From: Moniliella sp. 'wahieum'
Taxonomy: Eukaryota
Direction: 5' to 3'
DNA: 64,000 bases
Assembly: GCA_003971905.1 (NCBI GenBank)
Contig: RSEE01000015.1
Span: 186,001 to 250,000, forward strand
Shown: one piece after another, positions 49,389 through 61,764 of the stretch
Layout: each line of letters begins with the position of its first letter
Numbering within the stretch: position 1 is the stretch's first letter
Made by a program: the position numbers and the translations under genes
The notes under the pieces: generated by a model
Seen by the model: the letters and a program-made list of their open reading frames with translations, nothing else
What the model was told of the DNA's origin: nothing
Databases searched by the model: none

Positions 49389-50444
49389 GGGGGATAGCAC
49401 AAAAATGTACACGAGAAGCGGACCGTGGATGTTGGAATCTATATGGTGGTACTATTGAAAGAGCCATCCAAAAAGAAGTCGATGGTCATTGGCCTTCTGC
49501 CCCAGAAAGATAGTCACAGTTGGGGGTTGTGGGGAACACAGAAGGCTTGAAGAATCACTGTCTGGCTTTTGTGAGGAGCTCTTCTGCTGGAGGGGTCTCT
49601 CGATCCGAGGGTGTGAATCAAAATCGGGCACACTGAGAGATGTTGTCCCGCGCGGACCATCTACACATGGTATCGCAAGTCATTAATTTCGGAATAACCG
49701 GTAACCGGTAACCCTCGACCATATGTAGGCGAGCGCAGAGGCGGTGGTTGGCGCGCTGGCTGAGCGCTGAGGCTCAGCACTAAGCGCTTGGAGCGGGATA
49801 ATGAGAACCAGACTGTCCGAATCCCTTGAAGATATGTTAATCGTATTCACATGATAAGTGCAAAAGTGCTGGATAAGAGCGCATGTGATGGATGATGAGG
49901 GCTAGACTAACTATGCCGTACAACTATGATCTCATCGACATCACACATGCAGTATATCTCTGGATCGAGTGGTAGGCCGTAGGCCGTATCGCTACAGGCA
50001 TCAACGTTCAACGTTCGAAACGTATATTCAAAACCTGGTGTGTGGATGTGTGTGGATATGAGTGTGTGCGTCCTCTCTACAGGACGTGCCCAAAGCCCTA
50101 ATCTGCCGCATGACAATGACGAATGAGTATAGCCAAGAGGATGCTGATGGCGCTGACGCGCGTACGAAGATATAAGCCTGTTGAAAGCCTGCCATGAGTC
50201 CTTCCCTCGATGGTGATGCAATCGCACTGGTGGTGGTGGTGGTCTAAGCCAATAGCAAGGCCTACAGAGGAACATCAAGCAGCGAGTCGCCACCAGGGGC
50301 TGAGCTGTGGAACAAGGAAAAACAGGAGAGAGAAAACAACGGAACTCGCAGGCCTGAGGAGGAGAACTGAAGGGGCATTGGGCAAAGCACGAGCCACCCG
50401 ATGGCTCAACACTTTTTTCAAAAGCTCTTCAAGTCGTCAAGGAC

Positions 50445-50536
50445 AGATGGAGTGCCCTATGTTAGCTGCACTAATTGGGCTCGCTTGTCGAGATGGAGTG
50501 CCCTATGTTAGCTGCACTAATTGGGCTCGCTTGTCG
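50445..50536 (+). repeat. Perfect 46-bp tandem duplication
   Basis: agatggagtgccctatgttagctgcactaattgggctcgcttgtcg occurs twice, head to tail. Confidence 0.95.
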
Positions 50537-50961
50537 AACATTATAGGGTGGCGCCGCAGAGATTCATTTAGTGCATGCACACAAGACCTTTGTGCGTAGT
50601 AGGCTCGATTCCTTGCATTATAGTGCAACGTCATACATATTCGCCCGTGGTGTCGCCACATTCGCCTGCGGCGTTGTATACGCGTAGGCCATACAAGAGA
50701 AGCAAAACAACTGAAGACCACGCATCATCGATCCATCATCGGGAGATCGGAAAGTAATGCCAGTATCCAGTACCTCTGACGTAATTTTCCGTAAAGTTCG
50801 ACATCTCATTGGCTGGTGCGACATCCGTGCACAGTACAACACTTAGTTCATTAGACCATCCATCAAACGAATCACTTGAAGCTAAGGAGCTTCAACGTCG
50901 CCACCACCACCACCAGCACCATCACGCCTTCTACTATTTTCGCCCCCTGTGCCCCGCCATC

Positions 50962-51487
50962 ATGGATCCTCGCGCATCCTTCCGCTTCAACCACACCATG
51001 ATCCGGGTCAAAGATCCGAAGGCATCGCTCGCATTCTACAAGGACGTGTTGGGCGTGGACCTTTTGCGCGAGTCTGACAACGGACCTTTTGTCCTCTACT
51101 TCTTGGGCTACAAGCATGGGACACAAGAAGCGTCCGTTTTTTCTCGTGAGGCCGTCCTGGAGCTCACCTGGAACAAGGGTACTGAGAAAGAGGAGGGCCA
51201 TATATGTGAACGGCAATGAGCAGGACAAGCAAGGTTTTGGCCACATCTGCATCGCTGTTGACTCGCTCGAGGAGGCTGTCAAGCACTTTGACGCCCATGG
51301 CGTGCGCTTCAAGAAGGTGCGTTTCCATCTCATCCTATACCTCCTTTCCGTTCTCCACCGCCTATGTGTGATCTAACCACGTTCATCTTGCCTACAGCGT
51401 CCGGAGGACGGCCGCATGCGCCACATCGCCTTCATCTACGACCCTGACCTGTACTGGGTCGAGATTGTGGAGGCAAAGCGAAGCTAA
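50962..51487 (+). CDS. GLO1: Lactoylglutathione lyase (glyoxalase I), single-unit form
   Basis: FNHTMIRVKDPKASLAFYKDVLG; VLYFLGY; VLELTWNKGTE; YVNGN...GFGHICIAVD; FKK|RPEDGRMRHIAFIYDPDLYWVEIV. Intron at about 51317-51398. Confidence 0.94.
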
Positions 51488-52667
51488 TCAATTCTCCTTG
51501 AAGCTCAGAGCTCAGAGCTGAGACTCAACGTGAAGAGAAGCAAGGCACGCTTTGTTTTCCCACCCGCCTTCACGTTTAATCCTCAAGAATATGACCACAG
51601 ACTTCTTGATCGAGAACCATGCCAATACCAAGGGTTGGCCCCCCCAGAGCACGATGCCATTGTAACACCTTGACAACCTCACAATACAGTTTCAGAAGAA
51701 CGTGCCGATTAGTTGTATAATGAATCTATTGTAGTCGCAAAAGTTAAACAAGGACATGAGGGATTCACTGATAGCAGCATAATATGCATGCGATTGCCCA
51801 GTGGAGTTCGCTCTCTTCGACGCTATCTCGAAGGGTTGTTCGGTTATTAGGGCCGGTAATTCGAGTTGGCCAACTTGCACAATGTTATCCAAGCCCAGAA
51901 TCTCAAGAAGGTTTCCATCAGCCTTTTTTTATGCTTTTCTGTCAGGCCAGCTAGAGAAGGATGGAGACGTTATGCTATGATCAAGCCGCCTATAAGGGGA
52001 AGAGGAAGGAGCGATGTGTGATCTGTGGGTCAAAAGCACCAGGAGACGGTCATGCATACACAGTGCTCCGTTCACGCTCACTCAAGATGCAGGACACGTT
52101 CCATGCGCTCTTCCGCGCATTATGTTCGGCGGGACTATAAAGGAGGAATGCTCCTCCTCCCTGAGATTGACTTCTGCTAGGAAAAGGCATTCCCGCATCT
52201 GTCGAGACCCTTCGCCGCCGTCCCGACGAGTACGGTTGCGACCGGAATCTGCGTCATTCGGGCTCAGGCTTTTGCAAGGAGCCTACCGCGAGCGGTCGCA
52301 TATGTTGCTGCGCATCATCTCTTCTTCGCCAACGTCTCTGAAGCCTTCTGTGCTCGCTTCAGTCAATTTCGCCACAAGTACATTGCCAAGTACGAATGAT
52401 GTCTCTTGCCCTTGTTGGTTCTGGTTGCCTCCTGTATCTGTAACATTTTGTGATCTGCTCTCCCCACTGAAGTTTTCCCTGTTGTCGGGCTCAGGTCTCA
52501 ATATCTTCGCACCAATATTACCAGTGAGACTCCTTAAACCTCCCACGATTCTGACAATGTTACGAGGGAGCCACTCCTTCCTCCTCTTTCCCCATCTCCC
52601 CCTCTGAGTCTGCATATCCAAGAAACGAATGAGGACGCGTAGTGTGAGAGGGAGAACAAGAATGAAT

Positions 52668-55257
52668 TCAATTGCCCTGCAGCCTACGCATCCGTTCCTC
52701 TGCCGCGCGGGCCCTCTTTTCGCGTTCGATGCGCGCCCGCATGGCGGGGGTGATGGAAGTATCAGCGAGCTGTTGACGCAATGCACGAGGCACCGCAGGT
52801 CCGGGCCCACCCAGCCGATTTGCACGATCGCTGCTAGGCCGGGCCAGAGCTGCTTCCCGGGCTGTAGGAGGCGCCGCTTCCTCCTCCTCATCGTCCGAAG
52901 AGGAAGCCACGACGGTAGTTGCAGCGGCAGCTGCGGCTGCGCGGGCCTTAGCCTTGTCCCGCATTGCGTTGCGGCGTCCTTTGGCTGCCTCAGGACGAAG
53001 CTGGGTCTTGCCTTGGTCCGCCTTGTCCTCCGCAGACAGGGGTACGACGCGTGCCCCGCCAGGACCCATGCCGGCCCAATCCCACCACGTGGGCTGGGAC
53101 GCTTGCATGGTCAAAAATACTTCCTTGACTGCCTTGGAGGTGGCCAAGTCGTAGGCGGTTCGGTGGTTACTCGCAGGTCCAGGCACATCCGTCGTGCCTG
53201 GTTCCACGCCCGTCTCGAGTGCGGGGAGAGTAGGATTGGCTTTGTGCTCAACCAAGAGGGACTCGACTAAATTCGGCAAATCGTTCTCTGCGGCCAACTG
53301 AAGGAGGGTGACCGGGATCAACGTGTGGGGCTTGGTCGCAGCCTTGACCTGCTCTGCCACCCACCACGCGGGCAAGGGAGAATCCACAGTTGCCTCGGGC
53401 GTCTTGGCCTTCTTAGACTTTCCTTGGGGCGAGGCAGTACCTTCGGTAGCGCCATTGTCATCGGCGGGGGGCTCCAGCGTATCCCACTCGTGTTTGGCCA
53501 AGAATCCCATTGCAGCACCTTCTTTGCGCTTGGTTACCATCTCCATAAAACGCTCCCAACGGGCACGACGCGTCTTCTCCTCGGCCGAAATCTCAGCCTT
53601 GACTTTCTTGGGGACGGCGGCGGCGACCTTGCTAGCCTTGGCCTGGGCAGCCAACTTGCGCCGCGTAGCGCGCACCTCAGCCTCATTGGCCGTCTGCTCG
53701 CGTACACGCTGCATCTCCGCGAGCTGGTCCGAGGTGTAGTGGGTAGCACGGACGCGGGTCAGCTCAAAGAAGCATCGAATGCACTCCTCGAGCGTAGGAC
53801 GACGAGTGGCAATCGGCAATGCCGACACACGTCCCTCTGCCCGAGCTGCATCCAAGGGTGACGCCTGGCTCGCCGCCTCCCACGACCACAGCACATCCTT
53901 TGCGGCGCGCATCGAGGCACGGAACCAAATCCGTTCCGAGCGCGCCAACAAGGCGCGCCATCCGGGGAGGTCGAGCAAGTCACGAATTTCCCGCTTCAGC
54001 GCCTCCTCCCCAGCACGACGCAGCTGCGCACCGGCCGATTTGGCAAATTTGCCCGATGCATCTTGCGCGGCCTGTCCGCCTCCTTGTTTGCGACGGGTAG
54101 TGTAGCGATGGAACGTGCGATGGGCCAAGACGACAAGACTGCGTTCGTGTCGTTCCCCGCGCCGCTTGGAGCGGGTCACAGTGACATACGGGTTCAGCAT
54201 CACCACCGTGGCGGCAAAGTGGCCACCGCCCATCATGATGATCGTCCATAGACGCAGGGGAGGATCGGCGGGCAAGAGAGGGGAAGAGATGGTGTCGACA
54301 AAGGCAGTGTCCACTCCCCTGTCCTTGCCCCGCATAGACGTGGAAGAGGAAGAGGAAGAAGAAGAGGTGCTCGAGTCGGATTGGGCTGCAGCTTCTTCCT
54401 CTTGCGCCGTGAGACGCAGCCCGGGAATGAAGCCATGGCCATCCAAAATGGCAAACTGCGCACGCTTTCCTACGTCTTGCACACCGCCTTGGATCCGCTT
54501 GCCGCGGAACGCAGCCCCGACCGAGGTGGGGCCCAGGCGCGGTCCGATTTGGCCGCTACCGAGCCCGGGGGGTAGCGCAGCAGTTGGCCCACGTGCATGT
54601 TGCGCACCATGTACATGGCGTAATCCATCGGGTTGGCTTGCTCGGTCAAATCCTCAAAGAGAGCACGATGAACGCCGATTTGGGTGTCGGCCCATTCCCC
54701 GTTCTCGCCGCCTGCGGACGGCGCAAACCACAGGTGGGCCGCCTCGGTATCGATCAGGCCCCCCTCCGCATCGGGATCCTCGTCGGACGAGGAGAGGGCT
54801 GCGTCACCCGTGGTGGATGCCTCGCCAGCAGGCTTGGCAAGGCCAAGCGAACGAAGAAGGCGCACCACCGGGTCCCATCCAGACGCGTCGTCCCACTCTT
54901 CGTCTTCGTCCTCCATCTCGTCCAGTCGGTCGAGCGCCTGCTCGAAAGGCGCAGCAGCCATGCGCTGCTCGTTGTGCCCCCGCGCAACAAGCAGCGCGTT
55001 GAAGCGGTGCCAGTCCGACTGGTAGTGCAGCCGCTGGTCGCGAGGCGAGGCAAAGGTCGGGGCAGAGGGGCAGGTGGAGCACGAACGGCCTGCGCCCGGA
55101 GTCACGCCGGGCCCAGCGGCGGTGGCGCTGGCGGCAGCGGCGGGAAGGCTCGACTTGACGCGGGGGTCAGGGCATCGCAGGGCTCAAGGCGGGCGACCAG
55201 GTCGGCGGGCAAGTCGAAGGCGTAGAGCGGCGCGGCTGCGAGGGCGGATGTGGACAT
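52668..55257 (-). CDS. VMS1: Vms1/ANKZF1 ribosome-quality-control tRNA endonuclease
   Basis: LYAFDLP; CSTC...QRLHYQSDWHRFN (C2H2); MGGGHFAA; HRTFHRYTTRRKQGGGQ...SAGAQLRRAGE (VLRF1); TRRPTLEE; ankyrin-like region; RIEREKRARAAEERM (VIM-like). Confidence 0.93.
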
Positions 55258-55926
55258 GGTAGGGGCCGGCAGGGGGCGGGCAGGCAGAGCAGACGGACGG
55301 AGGAGGGGCCAGCTGGGCCGGCAGGCGGAGGAGCGGAGGTAGGAGAAGAGTGTGCGGGCACACACAGGGGGCATGGGCCTTTAGAGGCGGGGCGCTGCTC
55401 CAGGCCGAGGGGATGCGCTCTCGCTGGAGCGTTTCTGCGGTGGCGAGGCCGGCTGACTCGACCGACTCAGACGCTGCCGAACGAAGACATGAAAAAGCCG
55501 GCGGTTACGCAGTTACGTGGTTACGTCAGGCTGTCACCCATCTACGTCATACGCACTTGATTCCGCACCCACACCACACTGCACCCACCAAATAGGAGCT
55601 ATGTCAGGCCTCCCTCAGGCCTCAGGCTTGAGAATCGAAACAGCAGCAAAATGCATCGGAAACAAGAGACAGGTTCACATGCGACAAGAGGAGATATACG
55701 AAGGCGATATACAAAGGCGATATACGAAAGCGTTCAGATGAGGGGGCAACCCATCAACAAGGGGACGAGGCGACGGGAGGCCAAGAAGTGATAGCAGGGT
55801 ATCGACCAGGAGGGATAAGCGGGCGAACAGGGGTGGGGAAACAGTCTTGCTTTAAATGGCGAAAAATTAAAAGTTCTTGCAGTAAACGGACATCAGATCA
55901 GTCGTCGACAGAGGGACAAGCCACAG

Positions 55927-58322
55927 TTAGGCCCCCAGAAGGATCGGCGTTTCCTGCCCAGGGAGCCGATCCGCCTGTCCCTGGGCTGGCAGGGGGGTCG
56001 GAGCGGCCGACGCACCTGCCTGGTGGGATGGGCGCGGGATTGAATAGGTATCCACGTCCATAGGGGAAAGGACGGTGCGGGAAGACAAGGCCCGGGCTGC
56101 AGCAGAGGGGTCGACAGCCAACAAGGCAGACGAGGCCAAGTCCCATACCTGTACCACCGCATGTCGAGCAGGGTGGCCATCGACCCGGACGCTGAACAGG
56201 TAGGCTGCGCTGGGCGTCAGGGCCACCGCAGCGCAAGGTCGACCGGGCAGGATGCCGTACAGGCGCTGGAACATGCGATCCTGAGCGGCACGGTAGAGCG
56301 ATAGGCTTAAGTCGGTCGCGGCGGCCTGACCCTCGGCATCGGGGTTGAGGGTAAATTGGCGCACCTTGCCCTTGGGCCCAATGTCTTCCTTCACCGTCCC
56401 AGCCGCCATGGCGCGCAGAGCAGCCAAGGGAGCCGGTGCCAACCCCGATGGCGGCGAGATACCGAGCGCGACGCCCGTCGGGAGACCGAGGCAAACGAAG
56501 GACGCCGCGACAAGGGTTGCATCGAGGGGCGACGCTGCGTCATAGCTAGCGCCAGAGTTGAGGCTGCAGGGCCGGGAGTAGGGGGCGCAGTGGTACGCCC
56601 GGAGGGGGCAGGTGCCAAGGGAAGGGGCGTTGGTGCCGACGGAGGGGGGCAGGCCGAGATAGGCGCAAAGGGGACGGGACAGTTGGTCTTGGGTCCAAAG
56701 GGCCGCTTGGCCGCACTCATATCCAGCACGCGAACTTGGCTGGGACTGACAGCATTTTGATAGTCCACAAGCAGTGTGCGCCCGGTAGAGAGAAACGTAC
56801 AGCCCCCGGCCGTCGCACAGAGATAGCTGAGCGTGGCCTGCCCCAGGCCAGTGAGTTGGCACGCCACCAGACTCGTCATCAGTACCGAAATCCAGCATCG
56901 CCACCAAAGGCGGCGATGGCGCGGACGCTTCGGACCTGTCATCTTCTTCGTCCCCCTCTGCTTTATTAAGGGAACTGAAGAGGGAGGAACAGCCTCGAAT
57001 AATCAGAACCCCACGGCCAGTGGCGATCAAGATCGCATCGTTTGTGGCGTCACGAGCAAAGACAGTATCCAATGGGGTCATGCGACCGACAGGAGGACCT
57101 TGAACAATCCGTGCCTCTGGGGCCATCTCGGACGAGGCAGGGGGCGAATCGAAAACAGCTGCCCAAACGGTAGGGTCGGAACCAAGGAGCGAGCCAGAAG
57201 CAGTGGCTTCTCCAAGGGACCACACCAACTTGGCCGCCTCCCCTTGCTTCTGGGGACGACGGATGACAAAAAGATCATCCCAAGTAGCAGGCGGCCAACC
57301 TTGCCTACCAAAGGGGAGGAGAGTAGCAGAAAGGTAAATATACTGGTCGTCATAGTCAAACGACCGGGGCGTGAAGGTCCCCAGAGCAGGCGAGAGCGTG
57401 TCGGCAACGAGAATGGTATTGGTGCACTCCATGCTCTCCAGGTCCCATTCGACAAACGTTCGCCCCCCGGCCAAGATGGCAGCCGAAGTGGCATGTGTTT
57501 TCAGCATGTTGTGGTAGCTGTGTTCCAGCCCCTCGGGCATGGGAAGTTCCCCTATGTGTACAAAGTAGCCGCGTTGACCAGACGCATCGTGGGCACGGAA
57601 GACGTCGAGTTGGCACGTATCCAAGCCCCAGACATGAGAAGTGAGAATGAACTGATCACCATCCGAGTCAACAGAAGCGACGAGGGGGGAAGTGGGAGCC
57701 TGGTCTGCAGCGGCAGCCAGCGTGTCATTGTCCAGCTGCGCAGGAGGGGCGGGAGGCGGGGCACCCCAGAGAAGCTCTTGGGACTGGGTGTCTACGACCC
57801 AGGCGTCGCCTTGGACACCCGGCACCAACAGGGCCTGGTGGCGGGGTAAGGGAAGGATGTGGCGTTGGAGGCGGTTGCGAGCAATGCACTCACGAAACGT
57901 GGCAACAAGCTCCTCCGACGGGCCTCCAATGGTTGCATCGGAGGGCTGAGGGCCATAGAGCGAGACAACATGACGGACCGCCGGCAACGGAACAGGGACG
58001 CGGGCGTTGCGGGCAAGGCCAGTACCCCACTGGCGGGCTAGGGCGTGGCGGAGGGAAACGAGGGTGCGCCAAGAGCGAACAGAGGCAAAAGCACCGGTCT
58101 CGTCGTGCTCACGGATGCAGGCTTGGGGGCCTTGGGCGGGGGCGGACGGGGGGGGAGGAGGTGGTGGCGCTTGGCGATTTGGTACCAGACAGGCTCGGAC
58201 AGGGCAATGGCGTACCAGGCCTTGGAGACACGAGCAGCAACCGCCACGTCGGCGGGGGACAGCACACCGCAGGCGAACACGTCGCAGGCAACGTCAAAGG
58301 GGAGTGCGCTGAGCACGTCCAT
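55927..58322 (-). CDS. F-box protein with probable beta-propeller-like C-terminal region
   Basis: MDVLSALPFDVACDVF...LSPADVAVAARVSKAWYAIALSEPVWYQI (F-box); FVEWDLES, FDYDDQYIYL and VQVWDL strands. Indels; 3' end approximate. Confidence 0.7.
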
Positions 58323-59973
58323 GGGTCTTGCGAGTGGCGCCGAGAGGCGATGCGGGAGAAAGCAGAGGGAGGGATGTGGACGAGAAAAAGGAAATGTCGA
58401 GAGGCTTGGGGCGCTCTTTTCTTTTATTGCCACCGCAGCCCCGTTGCGCCCAGATTGGGCCGAATTGGGGGATGATCGATGATCGATGATGCATGATGCG
58501 TGATGTATGATGTATGATGTGTGATGCATGATGGGCCCGGCGCTGCCCGGCCTCACCCGACCAGATAACCGGCGGGTGCTGGCTGGCGTCAGTGGGCCAG
58601 TGCCGCTGCATCCACCAACATAAACGCCGAAGCGTGGGCGTGCGTGCGTGGGGCCAGGGCGCAGCAGCCGAGGAGCCGAGGAGCCCCGCCTGGGCCTGTT
58701 CTTGATTCCACACGGTCGCTGGCCCGTCGCAGGCCGCAGCTGGCCCACTGTGGCATCTTCCGCCCGCCGGTCCCAGCCACTGACCAGCCCCCACGCACAG
58801 GTCACCGGTCACACCAGTGCGCTCTAGTGCCCCACCACCGCGCCACCCTCCCCGCCCTTTGGTGCGGCTGAACCCGGCTGAATAGCAGGCCTGAGCGCCT
58901 GAACTGCTGAGCCTCAGCCGCACCGTCCTCCCTCAGTGCCTCAGCGCCTCAGCTGCAGGCTGCACTGGCTCACCGGTCCCAGCCTCGAGCACACAGCGCT
59001 AGCACAGTGCCCCTCCTGCCACGCCACCCGGCAGTCCACCATGCATCATGCATCATGCATCGCCTGCATCAGCATCACGTGGCAACGCAGTGCTCCATCC
59101 GAGTGCTGTCGGTGTTCCCCGCATGTGGGCGGGCGGAATGAGACAAGCTGCGGAGATTATCCATAGCATCGATCATCGATTACTTGATTCTTGCTGGGTC
59201 GCCGGTCGTGTGACACATGTGGCGGGTGGTGGCATGCATGACATGCGACGGTCACGTACAGTGGCTATTCCTTGCCCGCTGTCTCCTTTTGCGCTGAGGA
59301 TCTTGCAGAGTCGGTTGGCCATCATCCAATTCCCCATGCACCCATGCTTCCGATTGCACGCAGACGCTGGGGGCGCTTGTCCTGATCAATCTTGACTCTC
59401 CAACAGTCATCCGGCCCCCACAGCCCCTATGAGCTCTTCGTACCGCTGCAACGACTTGACATCTCCTTCATCAGGCCTCAGCGCCTCAGAAGGCCTCACT
59501 TGAGGCCTTAGTAGTTCTTCTCAGATCTCACTAGTATTAGTCCCTAGTCGTAATAGGTATAAGAGAGAGGGAGAGAGGCTGCGAACCTCTGTCGTGGCGT
59601 ATCAATTTAGAGCCCCCACCACCCATCAGAGGCTATACCTTCGGGGAGAGAGGCAGCAGCCCTGCGGTGTGCCGAAGCCAAAGTCCCCTTATCTGCCGTT
59701 ATATACTCACCTATATGGAATCTCATATCAGCGGGAAAGGGGAGAAAGATCAAACATATAGGTATTTTGTTTTTTTCATGGAGAGGAGAGTGTGTAGCAG
59801 AATGCACCCCCCTCATGTTGGTCCTGATGTGAATGGTCTTCAATCACGAGGCCTGAGAAGGGCTGAAGTTTGTGGGGGGGGGACAATCGAAGCAAAATCA
59901 GGACGGAATCAGACAGGGAGAAGTATGGAGATATCAGAGGCGACGAGACCGGTGGTGTTACAACCCGTTTTTC

Positions 59974-61764
59974 TTAACGGTTCAATCGGCCGCGTCGCCA
60001 GATCAGGGCAGAAGCCAAGATGCAAGCCATAACCGAGCCCCAAGCAGTGACAACGAATGTAGACCGGTAACACTCTGCTCCTTGGAGGCAAACGTCCGAG
60101 CCCGGGGATTGACGCGCATGTTGATCGTACACCCGACCAACACAGCAGATTAAACACATTTCCCGCCACAACCGGTGAGATTTGCAACACCCCCAATTGC
60201 CGCTGAAATGGGCCAGGCCAAAGAATTCGAGCACGAGAGAAGGGCAAAGACCAAACAAGGTGCCATACATCAGCCCCGTCACGCTGCTTAGCATCAGCAG
60301 CATCGGCACCGTCGTGACAACCCCCCGGACGGCTGCAAAGACTTGAGATGTCACTGCCAAGCAGCACACCACAATCAACAACCACACCCGAACGACCCCC
60401 TGACCATGCGCCATGCTGACGGCCCAGTCGGCCAGCACCCCAATCGCAATCCGTCCGACTGCATTGCCAATGGAGATGGCACTGACTTGCTGTGCTTGGA
60501 GGCGGTGTACCTCGGCTTCGCGGCGCGCCCGCTTTTTCCCCTTTTTGAAGAGATGTACGCCTGTCAGAGCCATCACATCTGAAGGTTCCTCCATCAACGA
60601 GATTGTTCCTTCGTTCCCTCCCATCCATGCCTTGGGACGTTTGAGTTCCGACCAAAACAGCGTACGCGTAATGGTTCCCACATTGTTGATCAGCATTAAA
60701 CCAGCTCCGGATAAGAGGGCCATGACAACAAAGAGTAGGATGAAATCCGACTCCAAGAACAGGCGCCAGCCCGATACGGCTGTGCTTGGTTCGGTCTCCG
60801 GATCGTGATGGGCCGTATTGGTGGGAGCCGCTGAATCCATCGTGCCGTAACTTCCTGCGACTTCCATATCGCCAGCAGGCAGGATGGCGTGGTCCTGTCT
60901 CGCCTCTTCGCTAGGAGGATGAGGTGCAGCTGAAACACCCTCCGACCAAGGCAGGGCGCTCATCTCCGATGTGGTGCGTGCGCGGAGGCGAGGCTGATCC
61001 TGATCAGAGCTGTGGGCAACATCGTGCATCGGTCCTTGTTCTACCCCCTCCTGGGAGTTGGAAGGCGGGGTGGCACGAGGGTCTTGATCCGGAGGGTGGA
61101 TACGGACGATGAAGATGCCCGCGAGAAAAGTGAAAAAGGAAATGAGGGCCATGGCGCGTAGGTAGGCACGAGCGCTCTCGGAAAAGAAGGCAGAACTTAG
61201 GGCCGAGTAGAACGCAGCACTCAACCCGAATCCAGCCAACACAATCCCGGTCGCTGTGCCCCGCCGGTTGCCACCCCAAGACTTGGCCTGGACGTTCAAG
61301 CTCGCAGCCAGGGCTCCCGAGTTGCCCAAACCGGTAGAGCAGGAAAACAAGACGGGACCGACAACTTGCCAAGCTCCCACTTGTGGAGAGGGCTCAGCCA
61401 GGGCGATCCCCATGTATGCTTTCGACAGCCGCCCCGGAGCATAGAAGGACAGACCACCGTACCCAAGCGCGACGAGACCCGAAGCGACGAAGAGGGCACC
61501 CGACGGACCGTGCTTGTCAATCCACGTACCCCAAATCGGGCCAGAGAGGTACACGCCCATGTTGCCTGCTAGGCCGATCAGATTGATTTGGGTTGAGGTG
61601 AGGTGCAGGGCCGCTTGAAGTTGGGGGGCGAACGTCGAAAAGGCGTAGTTGCTCCCGGCACTCAGTGCTACGATCGCACCACCCACCAAGGCCGCCAAGC
61701 GGGCCCACTGGTGATTGGCCGGCCGCATCACCTGTACCGTCAATGAACGAGCAAGAGCAGGCAT
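59974..61764 (-). CDS. MFS transporter, nodulin-like / Mch1-type
   Basis: ALSAGSNYAFSTFAPQL...TQINLIGLAGNMGVYLSGPIWGTWIDKHGP; RGTATGIVLAGFGLSA; GAGLMLINNVG; GRIAIGVLAD; FFGLAHFSGNWG. About 12 hydrophobic segments. Confidence 0.92.
   Translation of the reverse strand: MPALARSLTVQVMRPANHQWARLAALVGGAIVALSAGSNYAFSTFAPQLQAALHLTSTQINLIGLAGNMGVYLSGPIWGTWIDKHGPSGALFVASGLVALGYGGLSFYAPGRLSKAYMGIALAEPSPQVGAWQVVGPVLFSCSTGLGNSGALAASLNVQAKSWGGNRRGTATGIVLAGFGLSAAFYSALSSAFFSESARAYLRAMALISFFTFLAGIFIVRIHPPDQDPRATPPSNSQEGVEQGPMHDVAHSSDQDQPRLRARTTSEMSALPWSEGVSAAPHPPSEEARQDHAILPAGDMEVAGSYGTMDSAAPTNTAHHDPETEPSTAVSGWRLFLESDFILLFVVMALLSGAGLMLINNVGTITRTLFWSELKRPKAWMGGNEGTISLMEEPSDVMALTGVHLFKKGKKRARREAEVHRLQAQQVSAISIGNAVGRIAIGVLADWAVSMAHGQGVVRVWLLIVVCCLAVTSQVFAAVRGVVTTVPMLLMLSSVTGLMYGTLFGLCPSLVLEFFGLAHFSGNWGCCKSHRLWREMCLICCVGRVYDQHARQSPGSDVCLQGAECYRSTFVVTAWGSVMACILASALIWRRGRLNR

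Noticed and set aside
50809..50961. Poly-His N-terminal extension of glyoxalase I
   Set aside because: The ORF track start is a non-ATG codon. The CAC run lies upstream of the convincing ATG at 50962 and is most likely a 5'-UTR microsatellite.
52014..52607. Overlapping ~200-aa ORFs downstream of VMS1
   Set aside because: No family motifs on either strand; unsupported.
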